From assembly GCF_009914755.1 (NCBI RefSeq), contig NC_060934.1: DNA of 64,000 nt, one strand, 5' to 3'. Origin of the DNA: the human T2T-CHM13v2.0 reference genome, Homo sapiens. The first letter of the stretch is position 1. The number at the start of each line of letters is the position of its first letter. Below, piece after piece: positions 1 through 13,700 of the stretch. The translations under genes were made by a program, and so were the position numbers. Under the pieces are notes generated by a model, which did not search any database, was not told the DNA's origin, and was given only the letters and a program-made list of their open reading frames with translations.

Positions 1-98
1 TGTTGGCCAGACCGGTCTTGAATTCTGACCTCAGATGATCCACTTGCCTCAGCCTCCCAAAGTGCTGCGATAACAGGCATGAGCCACCACGCCTGACC
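1..98 (-). mobile_element. Alu, 5' end (cut by window edge)
   Basis: ...cctcccaaagtgctgcgataacaggcatgagccaccacgcctgacc is the reverse complement of an Alu left monomer. Confidence 0.9.
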
Positions 99-3054
99 TA
101 TTGACACATATATTAAGGAAATGTCCCCACCCTCATCAGCAGATGCAGTTTTATTTCCCACATAGCTGAATGCACAGATCTGTGGGTTTCATGTCATCTA
201 GGTGAAAATTCCTCAGGAACGAATCTTTTCTATAAAGTAAATATGAGCCCCGTGGCCAGAGGAGGTGGGATTTCCAGAAGCAGTGTACTAAGTAAACCCG
301 AGGCTTTGCGCCTTGTGAGGGTGGCGTCAGGACACATTTCGTGTTCCTCTTACTGCTGCATCTCCCGTGCTCTGCTCTCACTGACTTTCTTTGGCTTCTC
401 ATGTTCCTGTGTGCTGAGGTAGAACGTTTCCAAGCTGTCCACAGAGATCACGATTCTTTGGGTTGCTAACGAAACCTCTGAATGGAAGCCTCAAAAACAA
501 GCTGATCGCTAAGTGTGTGTGTCATTATAAGCCCATAATTAGGAAGTTACCTCATCATCTTGCATCGACCCCGATGGAAATATACTGTCTTCAGGTATTC
601 AGCACTTGTCAGTTGATCTCCAAAAACCCTAATGTCTTTCCCCTGTTAAATATATCCGTGATTCTATGGACACAGAAAAGCTCACAGTTAAATTTCCCAG
701 GGGAAATGTGGTTTCCAAAATTGATACCATATGACCCTGGGAGGAGAATTAAAATTGTTTTTGTAGTAATATGGGTTGTTGTTAATATTTCTGTATCCTC
801 CTGTCCTTGGTGAGTTTTTAGCTTTCAACATCAGTGATATCTGTTTCATTGTTGTCTTTACTAACATAAGACACAAGTCTTTCCAAGTAGTTCTGTTTTC
901 CCTAAATCAGTCATCTAGAAAACAAACATACACACTTTGTGATTTTCAAAGAAAATGTAGAGCTGAAGGCAAGAGCACAGGTATCACGCTTTTTGTGGTT
1001 TATAATCTTTATTTTGACCTAGTTACTTTGTGACGCCCCTCCCAGCATAGCAAGTGTGTGCACTGCTATCTAAACATGAACCCTGCATGCCATGTCTTAG
1101 AGGAACTTGCGATCCACCTTGTTTTGAAAAGACTTCCTTCATAATCATACTTGAATGACTTCATTGATTTGGGAATTCCTGTTTAGTTTCTTTTGTTTGA
1201 TTGCCCTTATATAATGGTCTGCAAGAACAAACATACAAACCTAAAATCTAAAAGATACTTTTGACACCATTCAAAGTGGAGATTATGGTTGAACCAACAG
1301 TGGCTGCACTGAGCTCCAGCTTCCAGATCAGCAGTTGAGCTGCCTCTGTGTACCCAAACCTCCCCATGTCAACCAGCAGGAAGAAAACAAAACACCTGGG
1401 CAGCCATTTGTTTTCAGCTTTCACTTTTGCATTTGCTTTTGAAGCTGTGCTATGCAACACTTAAATTATAATCTGTTTATTTCTCTCACATGTGGAGCTC
1501 CCGTCTCTCCAATGAGTTTATTTAGCAAATGTTATGAATTCAGGAAAATTATGATTAATTTTGGAGCCCCAGTCTAGACCTGTCATTTTAACACTGAAGA
1601 ACTACAGTTAGATGCTTTGTGTGGTTATTAAGAAGAACAGTAATTATTTCAGTAGTATAAAAATATCAACAATGATTACAGGTGACTTTTTGGCTTAAAT
1701 ATTCAACTCCCCAACACCTTTCAAGAATGTTGTGAGATCATAAAAAGTCCAGGAGCAAAATATTAGTTAAGGAAGAATGAGGCTATTTAATTGGTTAGAC
1801 TTGTTGGTGAGAAAGGCATGCTGTTTGTAGTCTGTTTCCATGACCACAGCTGTTTCCCCACCCAGTTTTTAGTAGTATAATATTAAGCCTTAATTTACAA
1901 CTGAAAGTTTTCCACCTCCGGTCCCGTAGTCCAAATCAAGTTATTAAATTTAAACCTTATGGCTTTTCCTGTATATTCCCTGGATTCAGCTTACCACTTT
2001 GGCCCCTATTAAAGAACCATATTGCTAGTATCCCGGGCTTTGTGTGTACTTGAATTGTTTTTTCTTCTGTATCTTTTCCATGGATGGGATAACTGGGAAA
2101 GAGACGAGGGAGTGTGTGAGTCAGTAACGATAGTGTAGGATTTTGCTGTTGCCGACAGTTTATGGATTGTTGGTTTTGTATTGTTTTTATTTTGTCTTTT
2201 GGCAAGGCTGTGTTCCTTCCAGTTGAGTGAGGTGGATAGAGTTTTGAACTCTGGACTCTACCATCACCTTATTCCTGGAGATGTATCAGTACCGTATACA
2301 CAGGGGACCCTATGTGTGGCCATGAGCCTTGCTGTAGAACCTGTGGCTCCAGAGAGCCACCTGGCCACAGAGAGCAAAAGATAATTTTAGCCTTGAACTA
2401 AAAGGAGGAATGAGGCTGTGTTTTCTGGACCAAACCCTAACTTGAGTCCCTGGATGTTTACATCTTATGGTGAATTGAGTCAAGAAAAAAAAAATAAGTA
2501 GATAAGGGCTTTTAGGAAACATAGAATATTCTTTCTCCTAAAAACAAGGGTGTCTGGTTTAAACCATTTCTTCTTTTCCCACTCTGCCCTGAGTCTCACT
2601 CGGGTCATGCTCCATCTTGCAACTTGGGAGAAGTAGCCCCCTCTCTGAGTAGGAGGCAGGCGTGGGGCAGTCTACACAAGCCTTTCAGAGTTAGAGCTTG
2701 GTAAAGAGAAAAAGAAATGCTGTTCAGGGAACAAGAATTGCTGTAGTTTCTTCAAAAGCAGCAGTGAAAGTCCTGACCCTAGCACCATGGCCCAGTTATA
2801 TCCTAGACCTTGGGTTTGACTCCTGTGAATTTTCCTCTTGAAGAATGGGCTTGGGTAGGAGTAAGTGGATGGGAGAGGACTTGGGCTGTTCCACATGCAG
2901 GGGTGCAGCCAATAGAGTTGCCATGCCCCACAAAAACATATTCATGTAGTCACTGCGAAACTGGACCAAGTTTGGACAGAAAGAAAAGAACTTTGTGACA
3001 CCTCATTCAAGACCTTGAACATTAGGTTGTAGAAGCTACTAAACAATGAGGAAT

Positions 3055-3150
3055 ATAAGAGCAGTGACAACGCATTGTTCATCATTGTGTTCTGAACACA
3101 GTGCATGACACCAAGTAGGTTCTCAGGAAACAGTTGTTAAATAAAAAAAA
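3055..3150 (+). mobile_element. L2 3'-end relic
   Basis: acagtgcatgacaccaagtaggttctcaggaaacagttgttaaat resembles the L2 terminus. Confidence 0.5.
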
Positions 3151-6100
3151 AAAATCTGGTGGGAAAGATTAAATAATGGGACTATAGCAAGGTGTCAGAT
3201 AGCATCAGCTATACAAGTCTGTGTTGTCTTTCTAGAGAGACTGTGACTTACAAAATTATCCTTTTAACTTCCCACCCTTTCAACTTGTCACCTTTTAACC
3301 TTTTCACTCAGAATCCTAAAGGATGTTCTTGAACAAAACATAAAAATCTGCTTTATTTCTTAGTAATCTTTTCTCCCAAAAAAGGAAATTTTTCCTTCAG
3401 TTACTTTCTGTAGCATCTTTCCTTGAACTGTGCTGTAGTTCACAATTCCATAGTCTCAACTTGTGTCTTCAGAATGCATCAAACTTACATAACTCTTGTC
3501 ACAGTTGTCAGTTTCTCTGACCTGCTAAAATTTCAGTAGCACCTGTTTGGCTGTGGAATAGGCAAGGATGGCTGTGGACTCTGGCAATCCCATTAGAGTT
3601 ATCCAGCACCCCAGCATCGAGGGAGGTGGTGGGCTCCATCAATCCAGGTACCATGAGCTTGGCTGTGGCGCTGATTTCTCTAAAGCTCATAATCTTCCAC
3701 GGTCAGACTTAGCAAGTGGAGCTCTTCCTTCCAGAAGCAAAAACAGATTCCCTGGACCACATTACAAGAAAAAATTTTACGACCAAGTGAAGTCATGTAT
3801 TTCTGAATGTCAGCTAAAGCCTCATTTAGAGCCGTTGGCTCATGCCTAATTTTCCCAAGAAACTGGCAATTTAATTTTTTTTGCTGTTGTTCAGGTTGAC
3901 CCACCACATTTAAGCCATTCTAGAGGGGCCTTTCACCTGTCCCCTCTTAAATATAGATAGATATTTTTGAATATTCTCTTCCAGGTATTTTTTGACAGGT
4001 TATACATATGCTAATAGAAAATAGGCTTATTATTTGAAGCACAGAGCTGCTTGTCACCGAAGCTTCATTAACACCGTTATCACCGTCTGACATTTATCTT
4101 ATAATTTTCTAGAGCTGACTGTTGTGTCTCCATGGAAACCCAAATTGCAATTGAAACAAGTAGGATAATAAAGGCATCCACCGAGATTGACAGCATGCAA
4201 AGCCCAGTTACATTTGTTGATAGTTCCTTCAGTAGCTACAGCTAGAGACAGAGAACATGCGCTTTGTGTGTGTAGGAGTAACTCTCTTGTGTCACAGGTC
4301 GTACCTGACTCTGCTTATGTGGCAAGTTTACCCTAACACCCTTGGTTCTGCTGTTTCTAATGGAGATGCTAATTTTCCCTGGAATCATCTCATCTAAAGG
4401 CATTATGAATATTGGATGTACAATTAACCGTGATCTTATTTGGATCCAAGAAGAAAAATTCTTCCTGGGTGATTTTGACACTGTGAAATGTTGATCAGTC
4501 CCTAAACTGGCATCTTGTGGTACCTGAATGGATTTCTTTTTGGGTAGGGGGAGCATCCGCAGAATTGTACAGTTTTTTCCCCTTGGTATCGAGGAACCTG
4601 TGCTCTTTCAAGTTGATGACTTCACAGCAATTTGGTTGCTGCCTCAAAGCAAAGAGTCATGAAACTGGAGTGGGTCCAGAATGAATTAATCTGAAATTAA
4701 TTTGATTCTGAAAGACTCCATCTGGCTGTGTTTGGGAAAGGCAGTTAGACAGATATATAAACACATGATCATCTGTATTCATTGTGCCAGATGTAGTGTC
4801 AAAAAATGAAGAAATGGCTTTAAAAAAATCAACTATGGGGAGTTTTGATGTAATGATATTCAGCTTCTTAGTATAACAGCCATTATAATTTAGCACATAA
4901 TTCTACTTTTATTTGTTTAGGGGGTTATATCTGATGGTGTGTGTTTTAAGAAATAAGCAAATTAAATATCAAAGCCTATTTTAATTGGTGATTTAAGATG
5001 CTAAATGGAATTTATGACTTGCTGAGAGAGAGAAGAAGCAAAGAGACAGGACCTATAGATTTCCAAATCAAAATGTAGTATTTGGTACTGATTTCATCTT
5101 AAGATACAATTTAGGGATTTAAAAACTAGCGAAGTAGAATGTCATTTGGCCTTTGCCTTTTGAGATGTGGTTTTGTAGCATGACAGACCAGCATATTTGC
5201 ATGGAAAGGAAACATGCAGGATGAGGTGGCCTGCAGAGAACTCTGGAAGTCCTCTTGCAAATTGTTTTGAGATTGTCAGAGAGGCGCACGTTTGAACTGC
5301 TGTCGAGGAATTCAGTGCAGTCACTGTAGTGCATCTGATTGCCTTTTGTTGTGTCCAGACAGGAAAATTGTAGGAAATGTACACTTGTCCCTTTAATGAT
5401 ATCACTGTCATCTCTTTGGGGCATTTTATATCCAACTTTTAAACCTCATCAATCATCTGTTGTGATGCGCTGAAGAGAAAGAACTAAAGTTTACTTCTGG
5501 ATTCATGATACATTACTGACTGAAAAAACAAACTCCCAAAAGGGAACAACTCATTCATTGCTCCCATGTACTCCACCCATCGCCCTTATTTCTCCCGGAC
5601 AAGATGACAAAAACAATCACAGGTAGGGAAAAACCCAGCAGGATACTTAGTCAGCATTAACCCAAACAAAGCCGAAGAGTTTAGGCAGAGTCAGTTGTTG
5701 CATTGAATGACAGCAAATTAGATGGTACACAAATCTCGACATTTGATACGCCACTGTGTGAAAACCAGAGTAACATCTCAGCTCATCCCTGAGGAATGAG
5801 CCAGTCTGATGAGCTAAGTTTGCAGTACAGTTGAAAGCTTCTCCTTTAAGGCACCATTTCTCTTTGTTGTCTCATTTTGAAGGAATGCTTCTTACAACAA
5901 GTTATATATTTCCCGGCCTCCTTAAGCAGAATTTATTGAGCTTAATGTGACCCCTTGGATGAGACAAGCTTGTGATTATACAAATGAATAATTGCGCTGT
6001 GCTGCCGTCCTTGGGAATGGCTAGGGAACACATCTGAGCCCCTGCTGCGAGTGGGCTTTTCACCACGAGGCTGCTTCAGACCCTGGTGTCTGCCCTCATC

Positions 6101-7119
6101 ATGACATGGGCCTGCCTATTGCAGAGCCTCCCTTTTGTTTGCTCCTCGTCTTCTCCTGCAGGTTTGAAATGCAGGTGATCAGGCTGTGGAAAACCAACAT
6201 GAGAGATCTTGGAGGAGTGGGTTGAAGAGTTCTCCAGAGACCTCAAAGGGCATGAGCATCCGGATGGGAAGTTTGTGACATACGTTTCTGTCTGCTCTAA
6301 GATCATTTTTTTCTTTATGCTGACTATTCACAAATATTGGAGTTTGAAGGCATTTTTGGGAAAAAGAAAAATACACTTGAATGTAATAAATACATATCCC
6401 TCTTCACAAGTGGATTCTGTTTTCTCTCTAAACAACTACCGTCATTAATATGACATAATTAGCTCCCATGGACTGTCAAGTTTTGATTTTCCAGATCAGT
6501 GGAAGGAGACAGTGGCGTCCTTAATCTCAAGTGCGTTCACATCCAACCTCACACTGCTGGCTGCCTTCCTTAGCCTGGCGTTTCATTTCAGTTGTATTCC
6601 TTGATTACACATCATTTACGACTGAGAAAGGTAGCCCAAAAGCAGGTTGAGGAGAGACCAGCCTGAGATTAAATTCTGCCATTGATAGATGATAAAATGA
6701 ATAATGAATGGACAGATAATCAGCATTTAACAGAAAAGTAGGTGGAGTTCTGAATGCCGGGCAAGCACAAAGGTCAGTGACGCCTTTGTCCTTTAGTCCA
6801 AATTAGGAAAGCCCACCAACCAGTTTTATATTAATAATAATGTAATGAGAACAAGAGGATAGCCAGAATCAGGACAGTGGCTGTTCAGGGACAAGTGGAC
6901 CCAGCGGGCATTTGGAGAAAAATAGGCATGACTCAGTAACTGACTAGTAATAGGTGTGTTGACTCTCGGATTTAATAGGACGGCACTGGACGGGATAACA
7001 TGGCTCTTAATAGTGGCGACAGATCACATGACGTGTGATTTAATTTTACTGCTTTGAAGACTTCTCGCGTGCCGTATTAAATCTATTCATTCAGTAAATG
7101 TGTTTTGAGGATGTGCTGA

Positions 7120-7397
7120 GACCATCCTCACCGTCCAGACGAGGCCTTCCCTGACCACCTTATTTAATATTGCAGCCCTCTTATTTAATACCCTGCAACG
7201 CCCTCCCCTGCATGCTTTATTTGTCTCTGTCAAAACGGTCTTTTTAATCGATAAGGCTTACTTATTTGCCTATTTCATGCCCACTCTAGAATATAACTCC
7301 GTGAAGACTGTTTTACCCCCACTTTAGTCATTGCGGTATCCCCAGCTCCTTGAATTTGTCAGACTCGCGTCATAAATATGATTAAGTGAATGAATGA
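7120..7397 (+). mobile_element. L2 3'-end fragment
   Basis: gaggccttccctgaccacc...ctagaatataactcc...gtatccccagc...taaatatgattaagtgaatgaatg. Confidence 0.7.
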
Positions 7398-10300
7398 GAC
7401 ATCCCTGTCTTCAGGATGTCACACTTCCACCATGCACTTGATGGGGCTTCCGTGAATCGCTGTTTCTGAGGTTCCGCGGTCAGAGAAGGGAAAGGCCAGA
7501 GCAAGCAGCCAGTCCGCATTACACGCATGTTCTGTGTGCAGCACTGTTTCTGGTCATGGATTGCTGGTTGGGAAGGGAATTTGAGCCAGTATGAAAGACA
7601 GGGAAGATGAGCCTAAAAGCTGATTGGAGGAAAAGAAGACCGGAAGAGATGAACTTTAGGTGTGCTGAATTTGAGGTGGTGCCAGAGTGTGCTGTGGGAT
7701 TAGAGTTTAATGGTCAAAATGAGGGCAGTTATTTTCAAATACTTGAGAATGGGTGACCTCTCCACAGGATTCCCACAGCGTGTGAGAATGAAGGGTGGAA
7801 ATGGAAGGTCCTTTGCGGAACAGGCTCCAGGGGGTGGCATTTCAAGAGCAGGTTGGGGGATGAGGCTGTGTCCCCTGTGCAAAGTCACCCATGCACATGA
7901 CTGCCGTCGGCGCCAGGGTCTTTGCTGGTACTTCCGTGCCTCTCACACATGCATGGTTGTAGAGGAGCTGTGCTCTGGGGCCGCGTTTCCCACCTTCCCA
8001 GCTCCCTTCCTTGTTAGAGCCGCCTTTTTCTCCCCAGTTTTTTGTTTCGTTTCAATGCCATTGCCAACTAGGTGAAATGGTATAGCCTGTTGTCTTTTGA
8101 CTTTGATATCCGCCCTCCCCCCACACACACACACACAAAAATTTCACTTAAACATTGCTCACAGGGATGCAGCATAGTTCAGAATGCCAAATGCCCAATC
8201 CCCTTGGCTTAATGAGTCACTTGTTTCTAACTAACTCCAGGCCTTTATTTATTGCTCTATTATAGGCCTTATACCACATTGGTTTTGGTTTTATGTTGTG
8301 TCCATGTCTGTCTCTTCTAATTGGCCATGAGCAGCAGAAGGACATAAATGACCTATTTTTCAGCTCTCTCACCTTCAAACCTACCACTGTGCCTGACATA
8401 AAGCAGATATTCAGTAACTGAGAATGAGAAGGAAAGAAAAGGACTCAGGGTAAACCTCAGTTTTGTTTAAGATTCTGCAAAGGGGAAGAACTGGCTTTCA
8501 CCACCCAGGCTTCTGAAGTGTGTAGAGAGGGTTGTGAATCCGCACTGACCGTGTTCTCTTGCATAAATAAGTCCAGGCAAAGTATCTTCAGTGGTGAAAA
8601 CAGAAGTTACCTGCCTTGAGAAGCACAGTCACCACAACCTAGTCTGCAGGGAATCAGATGTCGTGTGTCTTTCGTTTGCCCCCCTTGATGTGGGTCCCTT
8701 TAATCATTTGTTGTTGGACTGTGGAGGCAGTGGGGGACATTGTGTTAAAAATCATTCTTCATCTTGGGAAGCGCAGGCCCCTGTTGAGTTTCCCCCTATA
8801 TTTGTCTTCATCTTATCATTTTACAAGGATTCTCTTTGTAGTTAACTGACGGTGAAACCAGTCTCCTGTCAATCATCCAAAGAGCCACTTTCAATTAGTT
8901 GCCCATAGCCAACAGGTGGCTTCAGCAGCATCCAGCCATTGGCAGGTAAGTCAGACTGGAAGGATACCCTAGACCTGCTGTAGAAGCAGGGGCTCCTGGA
9001 GGAATTTCCTGTCTGTAAAGTTAGGGGCAGTCACACTGAGCTCAGCCGCAGGAGAGAGGATTCATTGGTGTCGTCCCTAAAGCGCTTTGGGAATGGGAAG
9101 CCCTCAATAAATCTTCCTTGTGGTGATTGTTTCCCTGTTGCCATTTCTAAAAGTTCATCTAGAACACCTACCTCTCCCTGTGCAAACGCCTCCTGCTTGG
9201 CCCTGAAGTCCACTGAACTATTTCTGATAAATCACAGAAGGAAATGAGTTGCCTGGGTGAGGGCTGTCTTAAGCTGCTGCCTTGCTCCCTTCCCAGGGAG
9301 GGTTATTGTCTGTTCAGCCATCAGGTACCCCCTAGATGTCTCCAAATTTACTTCTTTGTGGGGGTTCTCCAGCTTTGTGCCTTTTACTAGCAGTCACATT
9401 GAAATAAGGTAATAAGGTTTCCCTTTTCCAAATGCCTGTGTTCTGTGATCTTTTCTGCAGGAATAGTTCTCTACGAATTTTGGATGCATTTTACCCTGGC
9501 AAGCATTTGAGACCCCCAACCGAACACAGTTCAGCAATACCTTTGGTAATCCAGCATAATGTCCCCAAGAACACAAATGTGTTATTTCTTAGTTGTTTGT
9601 GAATAACAATGATGTCCTGTACATTCTTAAGAAACTATTTTTTTAATTTTGTCAAAGTGCAGGATTGATCATAAGGTAATACGTGTGTATGTACATATAG
9701 GAAACCTGAACCTTTTCTTCAGAGGAGCTCAAGCTATTTAATGACAATTTGACCATTTAGAGAAGGGCTTTGACTTTGTAATGTTTAGGGTATTTGCTCT
9801 GGTCAATTTTCCATGTGGATTCACTAGCTGATGTGTGGCCATCTCAGAGATGGTTTGGGGCCTCATTCCATAATTTATGTGGCAGTGACTCAAAAGGTTT
9901 AGTACACATGATAAATGGTAACAATACCTTCCACCTAAATAGGGGAGTGTCATTATTTTCACATATTTTTGGTGGCGTAACTGATAACCAAAACATTTTG
10001 TTAAATTTACCCAAAGTTTTCAGCAGCCCTGGATGCCACTACAGTTAAGACATAGCTGTGTCAGAAAGGTGGCAAACTCTGCCCTGCCGAAAGGCAGTCA
10101 TGGAAGACAGACGCGTTTTTCATGATGACTGTGAAGCAGTGCATTTTAAAAGGGAGTTGCAATTCCCAGAGCTCTGGGTTGGATGACCACTGACTCCTCT
10201 TCCTAAATCGAAAGGATGCGCTAAGTTGAGCATGGACAGGGCGCCTCCTGAGGGTAGGGCCTGAGTTTCTGATGTGTTCTCCAGCATGCAGTGTGGGAAG

Positions 10301-10904
10301 GAGCTGATGCTGAGACCTTAGTTGCCCCACTGCCAGTCTGTTGGGAAGAGATTTCTCTTCTTAAATAATGGCAACACCAAAATGAACAATGTAGAGATTG
10401 TTAATATTAATGAATTTCATGTCTGTCCTGTTACCCGCCGGAGGCACCAGGCCCATCGCCAGGTTCTTTCTGCTTTTGCCTTAAGCAGCTGAGTCTTGGA
10501 CAGTTTCCTGTAATAACCAAACAAAGCCTGTTTCTTCGTGTGCTATTACTTAAGTACAAGTGATATTTAAAAATGATTCCTGAGCCCTTTGAAAGAGTGG
10601 CTTGTTAGCTACAGAAATGATGGGACTGAAGTTAGGACATTAAGAAGAGCATTGGCATACCTGGCAAGAGATGGGGCTCTCGCAGCACCCCAATTAACCG
10701 GCCACTCAGCGGCCTGTCGGAGCCTCCAGGCTACTCTCCATAGTGTCAGTGACACCTTGTCAGCTCTCCAGCCTGCAGCCTGTGTCACCTGTGAGCCAGA
10801 GGGACTGAATTGGACACAGGCAAGGAATCACAACAAGATTTCAGGCAGCTGGTTATATTATCTAAATTAGCTTTTCCATGAATCTCTGGGTCCAGACCAT
10901 AGCC

Positions 10905-11060
10905 ATAGGATTATAGAAATTAAGAGCCAGATGGGAACTATCCTCTTGCTTTGTTTTACAAGTGAGGAAACTGAGGCGCAGAGTGGTCACATCATTAGCC
11001 TCAGATCCTAGAGTTAAGTGGTTGCTGAGCCAGGATGAGAACTCAGGCCTCCTGGCCCAC
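10905..11060 (-). mobile_element. MIR SINE
   Basis: MIR core ttttacaagtgaggaaactgaggcgcagag...gagccaggatgagaactcagg. Confidence 0.75.
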
Positions 11061-11234
11061 TGTTCACTGACCTGCTGTTGAGGGCCTCAAGCACTGATGG
11101 GGCTTTCCTGGCCCCATATTCTTGTGTTTCCAAAACAAACCTCCCATGCAATGATGTTTAGATAAATCTCAACTCTAATCAGTAAAAAACAAGCAAAGGA
11201 CAAGTATATTTGCATCTATAGCTATTTAGGTAAA

Positions 11235-11353
11235 CTGAAGTTAAATAAAAATTCAATTCCTTAGTTGCATTAGCCACATGTATCTAGTGGCCACCATATT
11301 GGACTGTGCAAATACAGAACATTTCCTTCATGGCACCGGGTTGGGTAGCACTG
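11235..11353 (-). mobile_element. MER3 (hAT-Charlie) DNA transposon fragment
   Basis: aaaattcaattccttagttgcattagccacatgtatctagtggccaccatattggactgtgcaaatacagaacatttcc matches the reverse complement of MER3. Confidence 0.7.
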
Positions 11354-12824
11354 ACGTGGATTATCCCAAGGATCAAAAAAAAAAAAAAAAAAAGAGTATT
11401 GGAGTAATAAGATTATTAATAACTACCAGGCAGATTTTCTATCTTTACGCACAATTTTTCTAAGACAAGGCTTTTTTGTGTGTGCTTTTTTATTTAGTTT
11501 GCATTCTGAAGATGACATTTTATGTCTTTTAGCATTCGTATAATAATTTATAGCCATTTGGCAATTCTTATAGCCATTTTGTAAGTTTGTTCTTCTTTTT
11601 ATATAAATGAAGGAAATACAACACAGAAAGTTGCCCACAGAACAAGATAAAAGAATAGAAATTTCCATTCTTTTGTTTGCATTCTCCCAAAGGAAGCCTG
11701 CAAATCACTGGGCCTTATAAAAGCTTGTTGTCCTAAAACTAGTAAAAATAATATGTTGAATCAATTATTATAATAGTTTACTGATTAGAGGGACCTCAGA
11801 AGATTTTGCATATACTCTGTTGATCTAGTTATTTTTCCTCTAAAATAGGGAAGTAGGTCAGTGCCTGGGTTAAAACTAAAAAGTAAGCACTCATCGTTTT
11901 TCCGAACAAGATTTCATTTTCATCTTGTCTCTGACACTGAGAATACTATTGCCCACTGGCGTAGTGCTTGCAGACTTGCGGTCTTATTCCATATGGCATC
12001 TGTCTTAGAGGAGCCTTCTAGCTGGCTCCTTGCCAAGGGTACTAGCAGAATTGGCACTCAGGATCTCATTGCAGTTTGCAGGCAAGGTGCCAGCAGAGAT
12101 GTGTGCGCATGTGTCTGGGGCCTGCGAGTGGTCACCGAGTTGGGAAATGTCCACCTGGAGAAACCCAACTCATGGAACGTGAAGCAGAGGCAGTTGACCT
12201 TCACCTCTCACTGCATTCACATTCTCTAGGCACCTTTTGTGTGACATTGGAAAAGTCAATGTATCTCTGACTCTCATTGGGTTCATCTCCAAAACAGATA
12301 ATGATTCCAGCGGGAGCTGTTGAAGAGTATTGTATATCAAGTACTTGGCAAAGGTTTCTGGCAAAGAGTAGCTCCTCAATAAATATTATTTGAATTTGGA
12401 TGTAAATTCTTGGACTGTAAGAGGCACTGTACTGGGTGTTGAGAATGGCTAGGGAGTGAAGAGAAGCAAGCTAGTCTGATTTTCTAAGCCCTAGATGAGG
12501 TTGTTGTAAATAGGAGATCTTCTCAGGGGTCTTGCTGAGATTTGGGGTGTCTATTCCTGTAATTACTTCTCTTTGAAGAGCACATTGGCTGTCCTTAGTT
12601 TCTAGCAGGTACCTCCAAAGGTTTAACTGTTGAACACATAATTTCTGGCTTGCTTAGAAGTGTCAGTGCTACAGCCCCATGAGGATGAAAGAATTCAGTG
12701 AGTCTCCGCTAAAAATGAGCATCAGCCAGGGAGAGAGTTGGGAGTCCAGAGCAGGATTCATTTGGGTGGATGAGAAGGGAGTAAACCAAGCTGCGGCAGT
12801 ACTGTGGGGATTCAGGGCATGTGA

Positions 12825-13053
12825 TTCGGCAGTGCCAGGAGAGTGGTCGGTGGGACAGGACCACCCATACCACCCATTTCAGCAGTGCCAGGAGAGAGGT
12901 TGGTGGGACCGGACCACCTATTGAGGCAGCGCCAGGAGAGTGGTCGATGGGACAGGACCACCCATTTTGGCAGCGCCAGGAGAGTGGTCAATGGGACAGG
13001 ACCACCCATTTCGGCAGCGCCAGGAGAGAGGTTGGTGGGACAGGACCACCTAT
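12825..13053. repeat. Minisatellite, five 44-bp units plus one 9-bp partial duplication
   Basis: Units at 12825, 12878, 12922, 12966 and 13010; consensus ttcggcagYgccaggagagWggtYggtgggacaggaccaccYat. Confidence 0.95.
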
Positions 13054-13519
13054 TTTGCTTTTGATCAGGAAGGTGGGGGGTGGTGATATTTCAACTTGTA
13101 CAGCAAGTGGACATCATTGGATTTACTTAAGGAAGGGATTGTCCTGCCCTTAGAACTTGATGCAAATCTTTGGAAAAGTTACTTCCAAAAGGGCAGGTAG
13201 TTTGGCAAGGATGTAGATAGAAATGAGAGGTGCTCATGGGTGGCTCTGTAGGAATAGAGAAGAAGGGAATCTGTGGAGATGGAGACACACTATGTGACTG
13301 AGTAAATGTAGGTTTCAAAGTAGCCTAAACTGGGGTGGGGGGGGTGAAAAAAATGTAAAGTACCTATCACAATATTTGCTATATAAGTGATGACCAAAAT
13401 ACACATATTATTATTTAGGATAGGAATTGTGGTTGAGTCTATACTATAAAAATTTTGAATTGAAAAGTAGATTTTTGATGGTCACTCATTTCAGATGCTT
13501 CACAGATGCAAAGAAGGAA

Positions 13520-13700
13520 TTAACAGTAGGAATAGCCGACACTGAGAGAGCCCTTATTTTGTGCCATGTCTTGTATTAAGCACATGAGTCTAAGAGATGG
13601 AGTCCGCTATACCCATTTTACAGATAAGAGTCTGAAGCCCAGAGTAGCACATTTAGGAAGAGGTGCTGCCAGAACTCAGAGCCCCTGTACCACACTGCCT
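13520..13700 (-). mobile_element. MIR SINE
   Basis: cccattttacagataagagtctgaagcccagag core. Confidence 0.6.

Noticed and set aside
10152-10178. Two overlapping palindromes (gggagttgcaattccc / cccagagctctggg)
   Set aside because: Short enough to be expected by chance in 64 kb.
12825-13053. CRISPR-like array or coding repeat (ORFs 12679-13153)
   Set aside because: Units abut with no unique spacers, there are no cas genes, and the context is eukaryotic. The 44-bp unit is not a multiple of 3, so the ORFs are by-products.
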